From: an uncultured Chthoniobacteraceae bacterium
Lineage (GTDB): Bacteria; Verrucomicrobiota; Verrucomicrobiia; Chthoniobacterales; DYNR01
NCBI GenBank assembly: GCA_964595865.1
Contig: CAZQRL010000007.1
Coordinates: 1,853 to 65,852 of the forward strand
Direction of reading: 5' to 3'
Length of the DNA stretch: 64,000 nucleotides
Part shown: one piece after another, positions 1 to 9,163 of the stretch
Layout of the letters: the number at the start of each line of letters is the position of its first letter
Position numbering within the stretch: position 1 is the stretch's first letter
Made by a program: the position numbers and the translations under genes
The notes under the pieces: generated by a model
Seen by the model: the letters and a program-made list of their open reading frames with translations, nothing else
Told to the model about the DNA's origin: nothing
The model's database searches: none

Positions 1-555
1 CTGGAATGTTGTCGGCTGCGGATCAAGGATGTGGACTTTGAGCGCGGGCAGATTCATGTGGTGGCGGGTAAGGGGGATAAGGACCGCACGGTGATGCTTC
101 CCGAGCGGGCGGTTGAGGAATTGCGGCTTCACCAGGGACGGGTGCGGGCACTGTGGGAAAAAGACCGGAGGGAGGGAGTAGAAGGGGTCTGGTTGCCCGA
201 GGCGCTCGCGCGGAAATTCCCCTCGGCAGCCACGAGCTGGGAGTGGTTCTGGTTTTTCCCGGCGAAGTCCCTTGCTCCCGACCCGAGGGCACCAGGGTTG
301 GTGCGAAGGCATCATGTCCATGAGAGTTCGGTGGCATTGGCGGTCAGAGCTGCGGCGAAGCTTGCCGCCATTGATAAATTGGTGAAACCGCACACGCTGC
401 GACATTCTTTTGCGACGCATTTGCTCGAAGGCGGGACCGACATCCGCACCATTCAGGAACTGCTCGGGCACTCCAGCGTGGAGACCACGATGATCTACAC
501 CCACGTGGCCAATCGCAAAGGGGTTGCCGGTGCGCGCAGCCCGCTGGATCGGTGA
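1..555 (+). CDS. intI: integron integrase (IntI-type tyrosine recombinase), 5' end cut by the window edge
   Basis: Frame 1 is open from nt 1 ([35 protein letters not shown]). It carries the tyrosine-recombinase box [39 protein letters not shown]. It also has the IntI-specific insertion [23 protein letters not shown]...[11 protein letters not shown] and the C-terminal [10 protein letters not shown] tail seen in IntI1-like proteins. Confidence 0.85.
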   Translation: MECCRLRIKDVDFERGQIHVVAGKGDKDRTVMLPERAVEELRLHQGRVRALWEKDRREGVEGVWLPEALARKFPSAATSWEWFWFFPAKSLAPDPRAPGLVRRHHVHESSVALAVRAAAKLAAIDKLVKPHTLRHSFATHLLEGGTDIRTIQELLGHSSVETTMIYTHVANRKGVAGARSPLDR

Positions 556-611
556 GAAGACGGGCCTTTCCTACGCGGAATCGGGGAACGTAACAGGGCG
601 GTGCTTTTACG

Positions 612-3239
612 TTGAAAGGCTTGACCTGGGAGGGGCTTCCTTCGAAGGGTTTGCGCGTGCAGGAGCAGAGCAAAAAGAGCTGGCGCGGATTGGTGGCGGG
701 GACGCCGCCGGGCGTATTCCAGGAAGTGCTGAACGCGGAGGGGGAGCCGCGGGAGGTGTATGGTCCGCTGTTGGCGCAGATCGGGGGGTTGAGTCAGAGT
801 GCCCTGCGGCAATTTGACGATCGGCTGAAGGCGACGCTGCGGGAGATGGGGGTGACCTTTGCGGTGGAACGGGAAGGCCGGAAACAGGTGGCTTCGTGGG
901 ATTGTGATTTGCTGCCGCAGGTGTTTGCGCAGGTGGAGTGGAATGGCCTGGCGGAGGGGCTGCGGCAGCGTTTGCGGGCGTTCGAGCTCTTGTTGCGGGA
1001 TCTGTATGGTCCGCGGCAGATTTTGCGCGATGGGATTCTGCCAGTGCAGGTGGCGCTGGGAAGTCCGTATTATGAAGCTCCGGCGGCGGGGTTGCCGCGT
1101 CCGGGGGAGGCATTTTTGCATTTGAGCGGGGCGGCGGTGGTGCGGCGTGGCGATGGGAGGTTGGCGATCCGGCATCACTACTTCAGCCATGCGTCGGGCA
1201 TTGGATACATGATGCAAAATCGGCGGGCGCTGACGCGGGTGATGGCGGAGTTATTCGGCAACTATGCGGTGCATCCGCTGGTGAGTGTGCCGACGGACAT
1301 TTTGGAAACGCTGCGGGGGCATGCGCCGGCGGATGATCCCACGGTCGTGTTGCTCTCGCCGGGGCAGGGGAGTGCGGCTTTTTCCGAACACAGCTTTCTC
1401 GGGCGGCGGATGGGGATCCCGGTGGTGCAGGGGAGTGATTTGCTGGTGCATCGGGATCGGGTGTTTTTGAAAACCATCTCGGGATTGCAGCGGGTGGAGG
1501 TGATCTACACGCGGCTGGCGGATGCGTGGATAGATCCGTTGGTCTTTCGGCGGGATTCGATGCTCGGAGTGGCGGGTTTGGTGCAGTGTGTGCGCCAGGG
1601 AACGGTAAAAATCTTGAATTGTCTGGGTTCGCAGGTGGCGGATGACCGGGCGTTGTTGCCGTATAGTGCGGAAATCATCAAATACTACCTCAACGAGCGG
1701 ATGCTGCTGCCGGTGGTGAAGACTTATTGGTTGGGGGAAATTGACCAGCGGGAGTATGTGTTGGCGAATTTGGAGCGGTTCACGATTCATCCGTTGTATG
1801 GTGAGCGGGTGTTGACGCCACCGCCGGGGGAGGAGTTGACGGCGGCAAGGCGGAAGCGGATTTTGCAGGAGGTCTCGCAGAGGTTCTCGGCCTACGTGGC
1901 GCAGGAGAGTCCGATCGAGGCCGAGACGGTGTGTTTTCCGGAGGGTCGGCCGGTGCGGCAGCGGCAAGATCATATCGTGTTTGCGCTGCGGCGTCATTCG
2001 GGAGCCTGGGAGGTCTTTCCCGGAGCCCTCACGCGGGTGACCACAGAGGAATCGCCGTATGTGGCGTCGGAGTTGCGAGGGGGCTCGAAAGACACGTGGG
2101 TGGAGTGTGTGGAGGCGCAGCAGATCGCCGAGCAGGTGGAGGTGGCGCGGAGCGAGGGGGCGGCGCCGGTGCATTTCACGACGAGTCGCGTGGCCGAGAG
2201 TTCGTATTGGGCGGGGCGGTATCTGGAGCGGGCGGCGGGCCTGGCGGGGATGATTTCGACGATCGAGAGTCTGGAGCTCGAGGAGCTGAACCCGACGGAG
2301 CGGCAGCTCTACCGGCCGGTGTGGAATCAAATGTTACCGCCGCTGGAAAATCGCACGGAAGTGACGCGGCGGACGCTCTCGAGCCCGCGCGGCCGGTATT
2401 TCCTGGCGTTGGATCCGGCGGAGAACGGATCGGTGGCAGCCTCGGTGCAGCGGGCTTGCATCAACGCGCGCTCGATATCCGATGTGCTGAGCGTGGAGGC
2501 CTCGGTGGTCTTGTCGGAATTGCAGGCCCCGTTTTTGCGGACGCGCTTCCGGCCGCGTTTGCGCGAGGAGAAAATGGTGCAGGTGTCGCGGCGGCTTTCC
2601 GATTGGGTGAAGTGGAAGGTGCCGCAGTTTTTTGGGGTGGCGGCGGTGACGATGGTATTGGATGGGGGCTGGAAGTTTTGTTTGCTTGGGCAAATGATCG
2701 AGCGGGCGGTGATCACGGCGAATGCGCTGTGCACAATCACGCAGCACCTTACCGCGCCGGGAAATCGTCCGGGCGACCAAGCACTGGAGATTCGGCTCTC
2801 GGCATTTTTGCGTTTGCTGACCAGCCGGGATGCTTACGGGAGGATTTACCAAAGTCGCATTGAAGCCCCGAATGTCTTGGCGATGCTCTGGGTGCATCCG
2901 GCGGTGCCAAGGTCGGTGCGGTATTGCCTAGACCAATGTGTGACACTCCTGGGTGACACGGATCTGGCGAACAATCGGGCGGTGCGCAAAACCCTGCATG
3001 AGATCGAGTCCTTGCGAGCCGCGCTGCAACATACGGACTGGGCTTATTTGGTCGCGGAGGCAGCGGCGCCTCGGCGGGCGGGGGAGACCAGTGAGCAGAA
3101 GCCGCTCCTGGTCGAGCACAGCGCGAAGTTATTTGAGCGGATCTCGGAAATTCACGAGCTGGTGGCGGATGGGTTTTTGAATCACCAAAACTACATGCGG
3201 GAAGAGCCGCATCCGCTTTTGCGGGGGTTGGAAAGATGA
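612..3239 (+). CDS. circularly permuted ATP-grasp (type 2) fused to an alpha-E domain protein; start codon uncertain (TTG at 612, GTG alternatives at 655 and 693)
   Basis: The N-terminal ~480 aa match the COG2308/CP_ATPgrasp_2 pattern (VVLLSPGQGSAAFSEHSFLGRRMGIPVVQGSDLLV...VEVIYTRLADAWIDPLVFRRDSMLGVAGLVQCVRQGTVKILNCLGSQVADDRALLPY). The C-terminal ~320 aa match alpha-E (SRVAESSYWAGRYLERAAGLAGMI). The stop overlaps the next start by 4 nt. Confidence 0.8.
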   Translation: MKGLTWEGLPSKGLRVQEQSKKSWRGLVAGTPPGVFQEVLNAEGEPREVYGPLLAQIGGLSQSALRQFDDRLKATLREMGVTFAVEREGRKQVASWDCDLLPQVFAQVEWNGLAEGLRQRLRAFELLLRDLYGPRQILRDGILPVQVALGSPYYEAPAAGLPRPGEAFLHLSGAAVVRRGDGRLAIRHHYFSHASGIGYMMQNRRALTRVMAELFGNYAVHPLVSVPTDILETLRGHAPADDPTVVLLSPGQGSAAFSEHSFLGRRMGIPVVQGSDLLVHRDRVFLKTISGLQRVEVIYTRLADAWIDPLVFRRDSMLGVAGLVQCVRQGTVKILNCLGSQVADDRALLPYSAEIIKYYLNERMLLPVVKTYWLGEIDQREYVLANLERFTIHPLYGERVLTPPPGEELTAARRKRILQEVSQRFSAYVAQESPIEAETVCFPEGRPVRQRQDHIVFALRRHSGAWEVFPGALTRVTTEESPYVASELRGGSKDTWVECVEAQQIAEQVEVARSEGAAPVHFTTSRVAESSYWAGRYLERAAGLAGMISTIESLELEELNPTERQLYRPVWNQMLPPLENRTEVTRRTLSSPRGRYFLALDPAENGSVAASVQRACINARSISDVLSVEASVVLSELQAPFLRTRFRPRLREEKMVQVSRRLSDWVKWKVPQFFGVAAVTMVLDGGWKFCLLGQMIERAVITANALCTITQHLTAPGNRPGDQALEIRLSAFLRLLTSRDAYGRIYQSRIEAPNVLAMLWVHPAVPRSVRYCLDQCVTLLGDTDLANNRAVRKTLHEIESLRAALQHTDWAYLVAEAAAPRRAGETSEQKPLLVEHSAKLFERISEIHELVADGFLNHQNYMREEPHPLLRGLER

Positions 3240-4114
3240 TTTTCGAAATACTCCATCGCACGGATTATCGGTATTCGCTGCCGGCCTCGGAGGCTTATCT
3301 CGAGATGCGGCTCACGCCTCCCAGCACAGCCGCACAAATAATCCTCGACCATCATTTGGAAATCGTGCCCGCGAGTGAACTCTCGGACTACCTGGACCAC
3401 TTTGGCAATCGGACGAGCTTCTACTCCATGACGTTGCGGCATGAGAAGCTGGTCATTAGCAACAAGCTCAAAGTGCGGACGCAACCGCTGGCCAAGCCGG
3501 AGAATCTCTTGGCGGTGCCGGTGGCGGATTACCGGCAGTTGCTGCGGTCTTTACTGCCGGATGTGTATGAATACCTGCAACCGACGGCGGCGGTGCCGGT
3601 GGGTGGGGTGGCACGGGAGTGGGCTTTGCAATGGCTCCGCGGAGAACGGCCTTTAGGCGAGGCTTTGAGCGGATTGAACGAGGCGATCTTCCGCGGCTTT
3701 CGCTACGAGCCCGGCACGACGACGAATGAAACGCCTCTCGAACAGGTCTGGAAAGAACGGCGCGGCGTGTGCCAGGATTTTGCGCATGTGATGTTGAGTG
3801 TCCTGCGGACGGGGGGGATTCCCTGTCGCTACGTGTGTGGCTATATTGAGACGCATCCACCGGTCGAAGGGGGCAAGGCGTTGGTTGGTTCGGTGGCGAC
3901 GCATGCCTGGGTGGAGGCCTTGTTGCCTGGAGGTTCATGGATCGCTCTGGACCCGACGAATCATTGTTACTGCGGGGAGCAGCATGTGACGGTGGCCTAC
4001 GGGCGGGACTTTTCCGAAGCTGCGCCGGTGAAAGGGACCTTCAAAACCTCCGGCGCGCAAACGATGAAAGTAAAGGTTCTCATGAAGCGCCTGCCAGAAG
4101 GGAAGAAACGATGA
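3236..4114 (+). CDS. transglutaminase-family protein (Bact_transglu_N plus transglutaminase core)
   Basis: N-terminus MIFEILHRTDYRYSLPASEAYLEMRLTP...DHFGNR. Cys-His-Asp core motifs GVCQDFAHVMLSVLRTGGIPCRYVCGY, THAWVEALLPGGSWIALDPTN. ATGA overlaps at both ends. Confidence 0.85.
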   Translation: MIFEILHRTDYRYSLPASEAYLEMRLTPPSTAAQIILDHHLEIVPASELSDYLDHFGNRTSFYSMTLRHEKLVISNKLKVRTQPLAKPENLLAVPVADYRQLLRSLLPDVYEYLQPTAAVPVGGVAREWALQWLRGERPLGEALSGLNEAIFRGFRYEPGTTTNETPLEQVWKERRGVCQDFAHVMLSVLRTGGIPCRYVCGYIETHPPVEGGKALVGSVATHAWVEALLPGGSWIALDPTNHCYCGEQHVTVAYGRDFSEAAPVKGTFKTSGAQTMKVKVLMKRLPEGKKR

Positions 4115-4968
4115 AATTGCGCATAAGCTATTCGGCTGACTACCTCTACGAAGAGGCGGTTTCCCTCTCTCCGCATGTGGTGCGAATTTTCCCACGCACG
4201 GACCACTTGTTGCGCTCGGGGACGTTTTCTTTCACGAGTTTGCCGAGCGCGACGATTTCCTATCGGAGGGATCTTTTCGACAACGAGATCGCCTCACTGT
4301 TCTTTCCTGTGGTGAGCGACGTGCTGCCGCTGCGGTTTGAAGTCGTGGTGGAGACGCCGGAACGCAACCCTTTTGCTTTTTTGCTGGAGGCGAGGGGACT
4401 GCGGATGCCGATCGCCTACACGGCGGACGAGGTGGCGATCCTCGGAGCCTACTTGCGTCCGAGTGGTGGCAATGCAGACTGGTGTCACGGAGAACCCTGG
4501 AGGACGCGGGAGTCGCGACCAACGGTGGAAACGTTGGTGACGTTGCTGCGCCACCTGCACGAGACGGTCGCCTATGAGCGTCGGGATGAAGGCGAGGCGT
4601 TCCCGGCCGAAGAGACCTTCCGTCGCGGGCGGGGTTCGTGTCGGGATTTTGCGGCGTTGTTGGTGGAGCTGTTGCGATTGAATGGAGTGGCGGCCCGTTG
4701 GGTCAGCGGATTCCTCTGGGAGGGGGACATCATGGATCATCCGCATGTGGCCGAGGGCGCGATGCATGCCTGGGTGGAGGCCTATTTGCCAGGGGCTGGC
4801 TGGGTAGGGCTGGATCCGACGAATGGGGTCTTTGCCGATCACCACGCCATCCCCACGGCGGTGGGGTTCAAAGCGGCGGATGTCTCGCCGGTGGTGGGAA
4901 CTTACTTCGGCAATAAAACCATCCCATCCCGGCTCAAAACCTGCTTGCGGGTGGAAAGAATCGAATGA
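4111..4968 (+). CDS. second transglutaminase-family protein (start taken at ATG 4111, not the longer tracked ORF from 3937)
   Basis: MKLRISYSADYLYEE... then GRGSCRDFAALLVELLRLNGVAARWVSGF and MHAWVEAYLPGAGWVGLDPTNG. ATG 4111 overlaps the upstream TGA (ATGA). Confidence 0.8.
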   Translation: MKLRISYSADYLYEEAVSLSPHVVRIFPRTDHLLRSGTFSFTSLPSATISYRRDLFDNEIASLFFPVVSDVLPLRFEVVVETPERNPFAFLLEARGLRMPIAYTADEVAILGAYLRPSGGNADWCHGEPWRTRESRPTVETLVTLLRHLHETVAYERRDEGEAFPAEETFRRGRGSCRDFAALLVELLRLNGVAARWVSGFLWEGDIMDHPHVAEGAMHAWVEAYLPGAGWVGLDPTNGVFADHHAIPTAVGFKAADVSPVVGTYFGNKTIPSRLKTCLRVERIE

Positions 4969-6977
4969 CTCCGAGCCCCTGGATGGATGAAGTCGCGGCC
5001 AAGGCGCAGAAGCTCTTGCTACGGCATGGCGTGCACTTGACCCTCGGCGGTGAGCCGACGTTCGTGCCCCACCAACCCTATGGGGCGGAATGGAATCACA
5101 GCGCCGTGGGACCGGAAAAGCTCGATTATGCCTGGAAAATGGCGCGGGCGCTGGTGGAGGATTTTCTGCCCGATGGAGTGCCTTTTTTTTGTCCGGGAAA
5201 ACAATACCCCGGCGAAGCGAACCCGCGCTGGGCGCTGCGGATTTTGTATTCCAAAGATCGGCGGCGGCCGAGTGCCGCTGGGCGGCATCCCGCAGCGGAC
5301 TTGGCGGCGTTGCGCCGGGCTCTTTCCCGCGGGCTGAATCTGCGGTTGCCCTGGGAGCGCTTTGCCGACCCGCACGATGCGCACAACCGTGTCTGGGCGG
5401 TCCTGCTCGATCATGATGGAACTTCGTGGGTAACGCGGGAGTGGGGATTGAAGCCTTCACAATATCGGCTGCTGGGTGCCGAGGGTCCGGGTGGACTGCG
5501 CTTGCCGCTGCATCTGCTGCCACCGGAGGTGACGCGACGTTCCCTGGCCCTCGAACAACAGGGCGCGGAGTGGCGGATTTTTTTCCCACCGCTTTTGGAA
5601 GAGCCATTCGTGGAATTGCTGGAGCTTTGCCAATCGGTTTTGCCCGTGGCGGCGGCGGGGGTGCGGTATCAGGGGTATCTACCGCCGCATTTGAGTGAGC
5701 GATGGGAAGTGCTGGGGATCGCCTCGGATCCGGGGGTTTTGGAGGTGAACCTTCCCCCCTGTGCGACTTGGAAAGAATATGCCGATTGGCTGGATCGGCT
5801 GGATCATGCGGCCACGCGGGCGGGTTTGGTTACTTGGCGGATAGACCGGGGCGAGTTTCCCGGAGGCACTGGCGGGGGTAACCACCTTGTCTTTGGCGCG
5901 CCACCCGGAAAGCCGAATGGATTTTATGAGCACCCAGAGTGGCTGGCGGGGATTTTGGCTTATTGGCAGCGGCATCCCAGCTTGAGCTATCTTTTCACTG
6001 GAGACTATGTCGGGGCTTCCTCGCAAGCACCCCGCCCAGATGAGTCGGGAATCCCGGTGGAGGAGCTGGACTTCGCGCTGCGGGATTTACGGCGCCGGGA
6101 CGTGCCGACACCGCCTTATTTGATCGCGGAAACCTTGCGGCATTTGTTGGTGGATGTGGCCGGTAACACGCATCGGGCGGAGATCAGTCTCGATAAGTTC
6201 TACGCTCCGGATCACCCAGCAGGCTTGCAAGGGCTGATTGAGTTTCGGGCCATTGAGACACTGCCTTCTCCTCGGTGGAGTTCGGCCGTGGCTTTGCTTT
6301 GGCTGGGAATCTTGGCGCGCTTGCGGCATCGCCCTTGGCGCGAAGAGTTGGTGGCTTTTGGGTCGGCCTTGCATGATCGCTATTTTCTGCCGCATGGGCT
6401 CTGGCTGGACCTACTGGAAGTGCTGTGGGATTTGCGGCAAGAGGGGCTGGATTTTTCGGCGGAAGTGTATCGGGAGATTTGGGACTGGAAATATCCGCTG
6501 CTCTGGCAATGGGAAGCCGGGGAGGCGCGTTGCGAAATCCGTCGGGCGCGTGAGGCTTGGCCGCTCTTGGCCGAGGTGCCCAACGAGGGCGGCACGACCA
6601 GCCGCTTTGTGGATTCCTCACTGCGGCGTCTGGAATTTTCCGCCAACCGGGCTTTTGCGCGGCGGTATCGGGTGCTGCTGAATGGGAAACGGGTGGTTTT
6701 GCGGCGTCTCGAAGATGGCACCTATCTGGCCGGGGTGCGGTATCGGCACAGCAACTTGTATCCGGCGCTCCATCCGCGGCAACCCGTGCAATTGCCTCTC
6801 GCACTGCGGCTCTGGGAGAGCTCTGGGACCAAGCCGGTGGGCGGTTGGGAATTGGCGGCGGGCTCGGCACATTTTGTGGCTTCGACAAAAGTCGCCTCGG
6901 AAGCGCCGGAGAATGCGCGCGGCCAGCCGCTGCATCCGCTGTTCCCGGGGGCGCTCACAGGCGATTTGCGCTGGTAG
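4965..6977 (+). CDS. DUF2126-type protein (the C-terminal module usually found in large transglutaminase-family proteins)
   Basis: GVHLTLGGEPTFVPHQPYGAEWNHSAVGPEKL...CPGKQYPGEANPRWAL matches my recollection of the DUF2126 N-terminal signature. 670 aa. ATGA overlap with the upstream transglutaminase gene. Confidence 0.7.
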   Translation: MTPSPWMDEVAAKAQKLLLRHGVHLTLGGEPTFVPHQPYGAEWNHSAVGPEKLDYAWKMARALVEDFLPDGVPFFCPGKQYPGEANPRWALRILYSKDRRRPSAAGRHPAADLAALRRALSRGLNLRLPWERFADPHDAHNRVWAVLLDHDGTSWVTREWGLKPSQYRLLGAEGPGGLRLPLHLLPPEVTRRSLALEQQGAEWRIFFPPLLEEPFVELLELCQSVLPVAAAGVRYQGYLPPHLSERWEVLGIASDPGVLEVNLPPCATWKEYADWLDRLDHAATRAGLVTWRIDRGEFPGGTGGGNHLVFGAPPGKPNGFYEHPEWLAGILAYWQRHPSLSYLFTGDYVGASSQAPRPDESGIPVEELDFALRDLRRRDVPTPPYLIAETLRHLLVDVAGNTHRAEISLDKFYAPDHPAGLQGLIEFRAIETLPSPRWSSAVALLWLGILARLRHRPWREELVAFGSALHDRYFLPHGLWLDLLEVLWDLRQEGLDFSAEVYREIWDWKYPLLWQWEAGEARCEIRRAREAWPLLAEVPNEGGTTSRFVDSSLRRLEFSANRAFARRYRVLLNGKRVVLRRLEDGTYLAGVRYRHSNLYPALHPRQPVQLPLALRLWESSGTKPVGGWELAAGSAHFVASTKVASEAPENARGQPLHPLFPGALTGDLRW

Positions 6978-6983
6978 TGGGGC

Positions 6984-7853
6984 ATGGAATCTCTGGACTG
7001 GGTCGAGGAAGGGGATTTTGCCCCGGGAGATCGAAAGGCGCGGGGGTTGGATTGGAGCGGCTTTGTTTGCCATCGGATTAACTCCGCCGACGATCCGCTT
7101 TTTCCGGCGGCTTTTGCTTTACTCTGGGAGCAATTCCACCCCGCTGGCGAAATGGAAACCCAGGAAACCATCGCCACGCGCTTGCGGCGGCGCGGAACGG
7201 TCAATGCAAATGGGTTTCGCGCCCACTATGAAATGGCCCTCGTGTGCCACGGCGACGAACCGGCGGCGGTGCGGGACTTTACCGTCATTACTTCGCCGCG
7301 TTTCCAGCATTTGCGGGTGCTGGTGCATCTTTCGCACAATCTGGTTTTGCCGCGCTGGCGCCGCAGCGGCTTGGCGGCTTGGATGCGGGCGTTGCCGATG
7401 GCGGTGGCCCGTCTGGCCGGGAAGACCTTATCGCCCGAGCACCCGGGAGAACGCATCGCGCTCGTCAGCGAAATGGAAGCTCCGAACCGACAGGTCGAGG
7501 CTACTTTGGTGCGCCTGCGGGCTTACGGGAAAGCAGGTTTTCGCAAGATTGATCCGCGACGGGTGCGGTTTTTGCAGCCGGATTTTCGTCCGGCGGAAAT
7601 CATCGCTCGCAGTGGGGAGCAGCCGATCCCGCTGGAATTGATCGTGCGGTTTAGTCCGGAGCCGGAGAACCAACTCGATGGGGCAACAGTTCGCGAAATG
7701 GTTGAGGGGCTCTACGAGATGTATGGGCTGGAGTTTATACCCGAACACATGCGCCAAGTATGGGCTTCACTAGTTGATTATCCGAGCCAGAATGAGGGTG
7801 TGGCCTTGTTGGATCCGCTCTTCCCGCTGCAGGCAGAAAACCTCACTTGGTAG
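6984..7853 (+). CDS. GNAT-fold acyltransferase-like protein (hypothetical)
   Basis: Motif-A-like VLVHLSHNLVLPRWRRSGLAAWMRA and motif-B-like RLRAYGKAGFRKID. Starts 6 nt after the DUF2126 stop, on the same strand. Confidence 0.5.
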   Translation: MESLDWVEEGDFAPGDRKARGLDWSGFVCHRINSADDPLFPAAFALLWEQFHPAGEMETQETIATRLRRRGTVNANGFRAHYEMALVCHGDEPAAVRDFTVITSPRFQHLRVLVHLSHNLVLPRWRRSGLAAWMRALPMAVARLAGKTLSPEHPGERIALVSEMEAPNRQVEATLVRLRAYGKAGFRKIDPRRVRFLQPDFRPAEIIARSGEQPIPLELIVRFSPEPENQLDGATVREMVEGLYEMYGLEFIPEHMRQVWASLVDYPSQNEGVALLDPLFPLQAENLTW

Positions 7854-9144
7854 GTTCTGGAACGCCAGACGGGCGAGATTGACCGGCGGGGTAAATGCGG
7901 TCAAAGAGCGGGGAGGCCATGAGGGTGGTGATGATGGCCATGATAACCAGAGTGGCAAAAAGCTCGGGGGAGATGATGCCGCGCTGAAGACCGATGTTGA
8001 TGATGATGAGTTCCATGAGGCCACGGGCATTCATGAGGGTGCCGATGCCCAGGGCTTCGCACTGCGGGAGACCCATGGCGCGGGCGGCAGCCCAGCACGC
8101 AACGCCTTTGCCAAGAATCGCCACCACGAGCACCGCGAGAGCGATCATCCACAGAGTCCAAGTATTCAGGAGGGTGATCTTGGTATTCAACCCGGAATAG
8201 GTGAAGAAAAGCGGGAGCAGCAGCGCCACCGTGAGGGGTTGAATGCGCTCGATCAGTCCAGCGGCGATGGGACCCCGGGGCAGAGCAACCCCCATGACGA
8301 AGGCGCCAAAAACCGCGTGCAAGCCGATGAGGTCGGTGAACCACGCTCCCAAGGCCATGAGAGCCAGCGCCATGGCCAAACCCGATTCGGTGAGCCTCCC
8401 CTCGTGCAACCATCCCCCGAAGCGCGTCGGCTGGTGCGCCCACCAGCGCAGAACGGGTCGCAAAATCCCCAACGTGACGAGCACGTATCCCAGCCCGCCG
8501 CCGATATTCCAAAACGCGCGAGTGATATTTTCATCAAAACTGGCCAAAACCAGGGCCAGGAGCGCCCAAGCTGCCGCGTCGTCAATGGCGCCTGCTCCGA
8601 GGGCCACGGTGCCCATGCGACTTCCGGCTAGACCTTTGAAATGGATGATGCGCGCCAGCATGGGGAAAGCGGTGATGCACATCGAGGCCCCGAGAAAGAG
8701 CATGGCCTCAAACTGGGAAATCCCGGCCGGGAAAAGCGCGGTGTGCTCCAAGAGCCACCAAGCCAGGCCAGCTCCAAGAAGGAAGGGTGCCAGCATCCCG
8801 GCCCCACTCACCGCCATCGAACAGGCAAAGCTGTCCCGCATGCGGTCCACGCGAAACTCCAAGCCGACAACAAACATGTAGAGAGCCAGCCCAAGTTGCG
8901 AGGCCGGAAAGAGATAGCTCTGTGTATCTCGTTCTCCCTGAGATAGATCCCAAGGAAATAACCACCCTTGGGCCGCCGGAAACAGAAGACCGAAGAGGGA
9001 CGGCCCGAGGGCCACGCCAGCGATCATTTCTCCGACGACCTGAGGTTGGCCAAACTTTCCGGCGATCCAACCGACGACCCGGCAGACGACAAGGATGACG
9101 GCCAGTTGGAGGAAAAATTGGATGGCCAGCTCAAGGTTATTCAT
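7843..9144 (-). CDS. cation:proton antiporter (CPA2/Kef-like membrane domain)
   Basis: Start chosen at the internal ATG (revcomp cat at 9142-9144): MNNLELAIQFFLQLAVILVVCRVVGWIAGKFGQPQVVGEMIAGVALGPSLFG. Polytopic hydrophobic sequence throughout. The upstream 112 codons of the tracked ORF are Pro/Ser/Ala-rich and overlap the next gene. Confidence 0.8.
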   Translation of the reverse strand: MNNLELAIQFFLQLAVILVVCRVVGWIAGKFGQPQVVGEMIAGVALGPSLFGLLFPAAQGWLFPWDLSQGERDTQSYLFPASQLGLALYMFVVGLEFRVDRMRDSFACSMAVSGAGMLAPFLLGAGLAWWLLEHTALFPAGISQFEAMLFLGASMCITAFPMLARIIHFKGLAGSRMGTVALGAGAIDDAAAWALLALVLASFDENITRAFWNIGGGLGYVLVTLGILRPVLRWWAHQPTRFGGWLHEGRLTESGLAMALALMALGAWFTDLIGLHAVFGAFVMGVALPRGPIAAGLIERIQPLTVALLLPLFFTYSGLNTKITLLNTWTLWMIALAVLVVAILGKGVACWAAARAMGLPQCEALGIGTLMNARGLMELIIINIGLQRGIISPELFATLVIMAIITTLMASPLFDRIYPAGQSRPSGVPEPTK

Positions 9145-9163
9145 CAAGCGGGGCGGGTCGCCT

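Noticed and set aside
587-613. A 7-bp inverted repeat (aacgtaa / ttacgtt, 13-nt loop) after intI, as a possible terminator or recombination site.
   Set aside because: The stem is short and A/T-rich with no T-tract, overlaps the candidate start codon of the next gene, and has no GTTRRRY core. This is chance-level.
556-3300. An integron cassette array or attC sites downstream of intI.
   Set aside because: The downstream genes are long and translationally coupled, and housekeeping genes follow. I found no series of short ORFs separated by imperfect palindromes with GTTRRRY-type cores.
4294-5607. Long ORFs antisense to, or out of frame with, confidently assigned genes. Examples: 495-1217(-), 1251-2330(-), 4294-5607(-), 12666-13736(+), 13757-14941(+), 18128-19162(-), 31965-33245(-), 45397-46512(-), 54090-55148(-), 56326-57483(-), 59012-60055(-).
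   Set aside because: Their translations are low-complexity and rich in Arg, Pro, Gly and Ala, with no recognisable motifs. Each lies entirely opposite a gene with strong family signatures. Stop-poor alternative frames are expected in GC-rich DNA.
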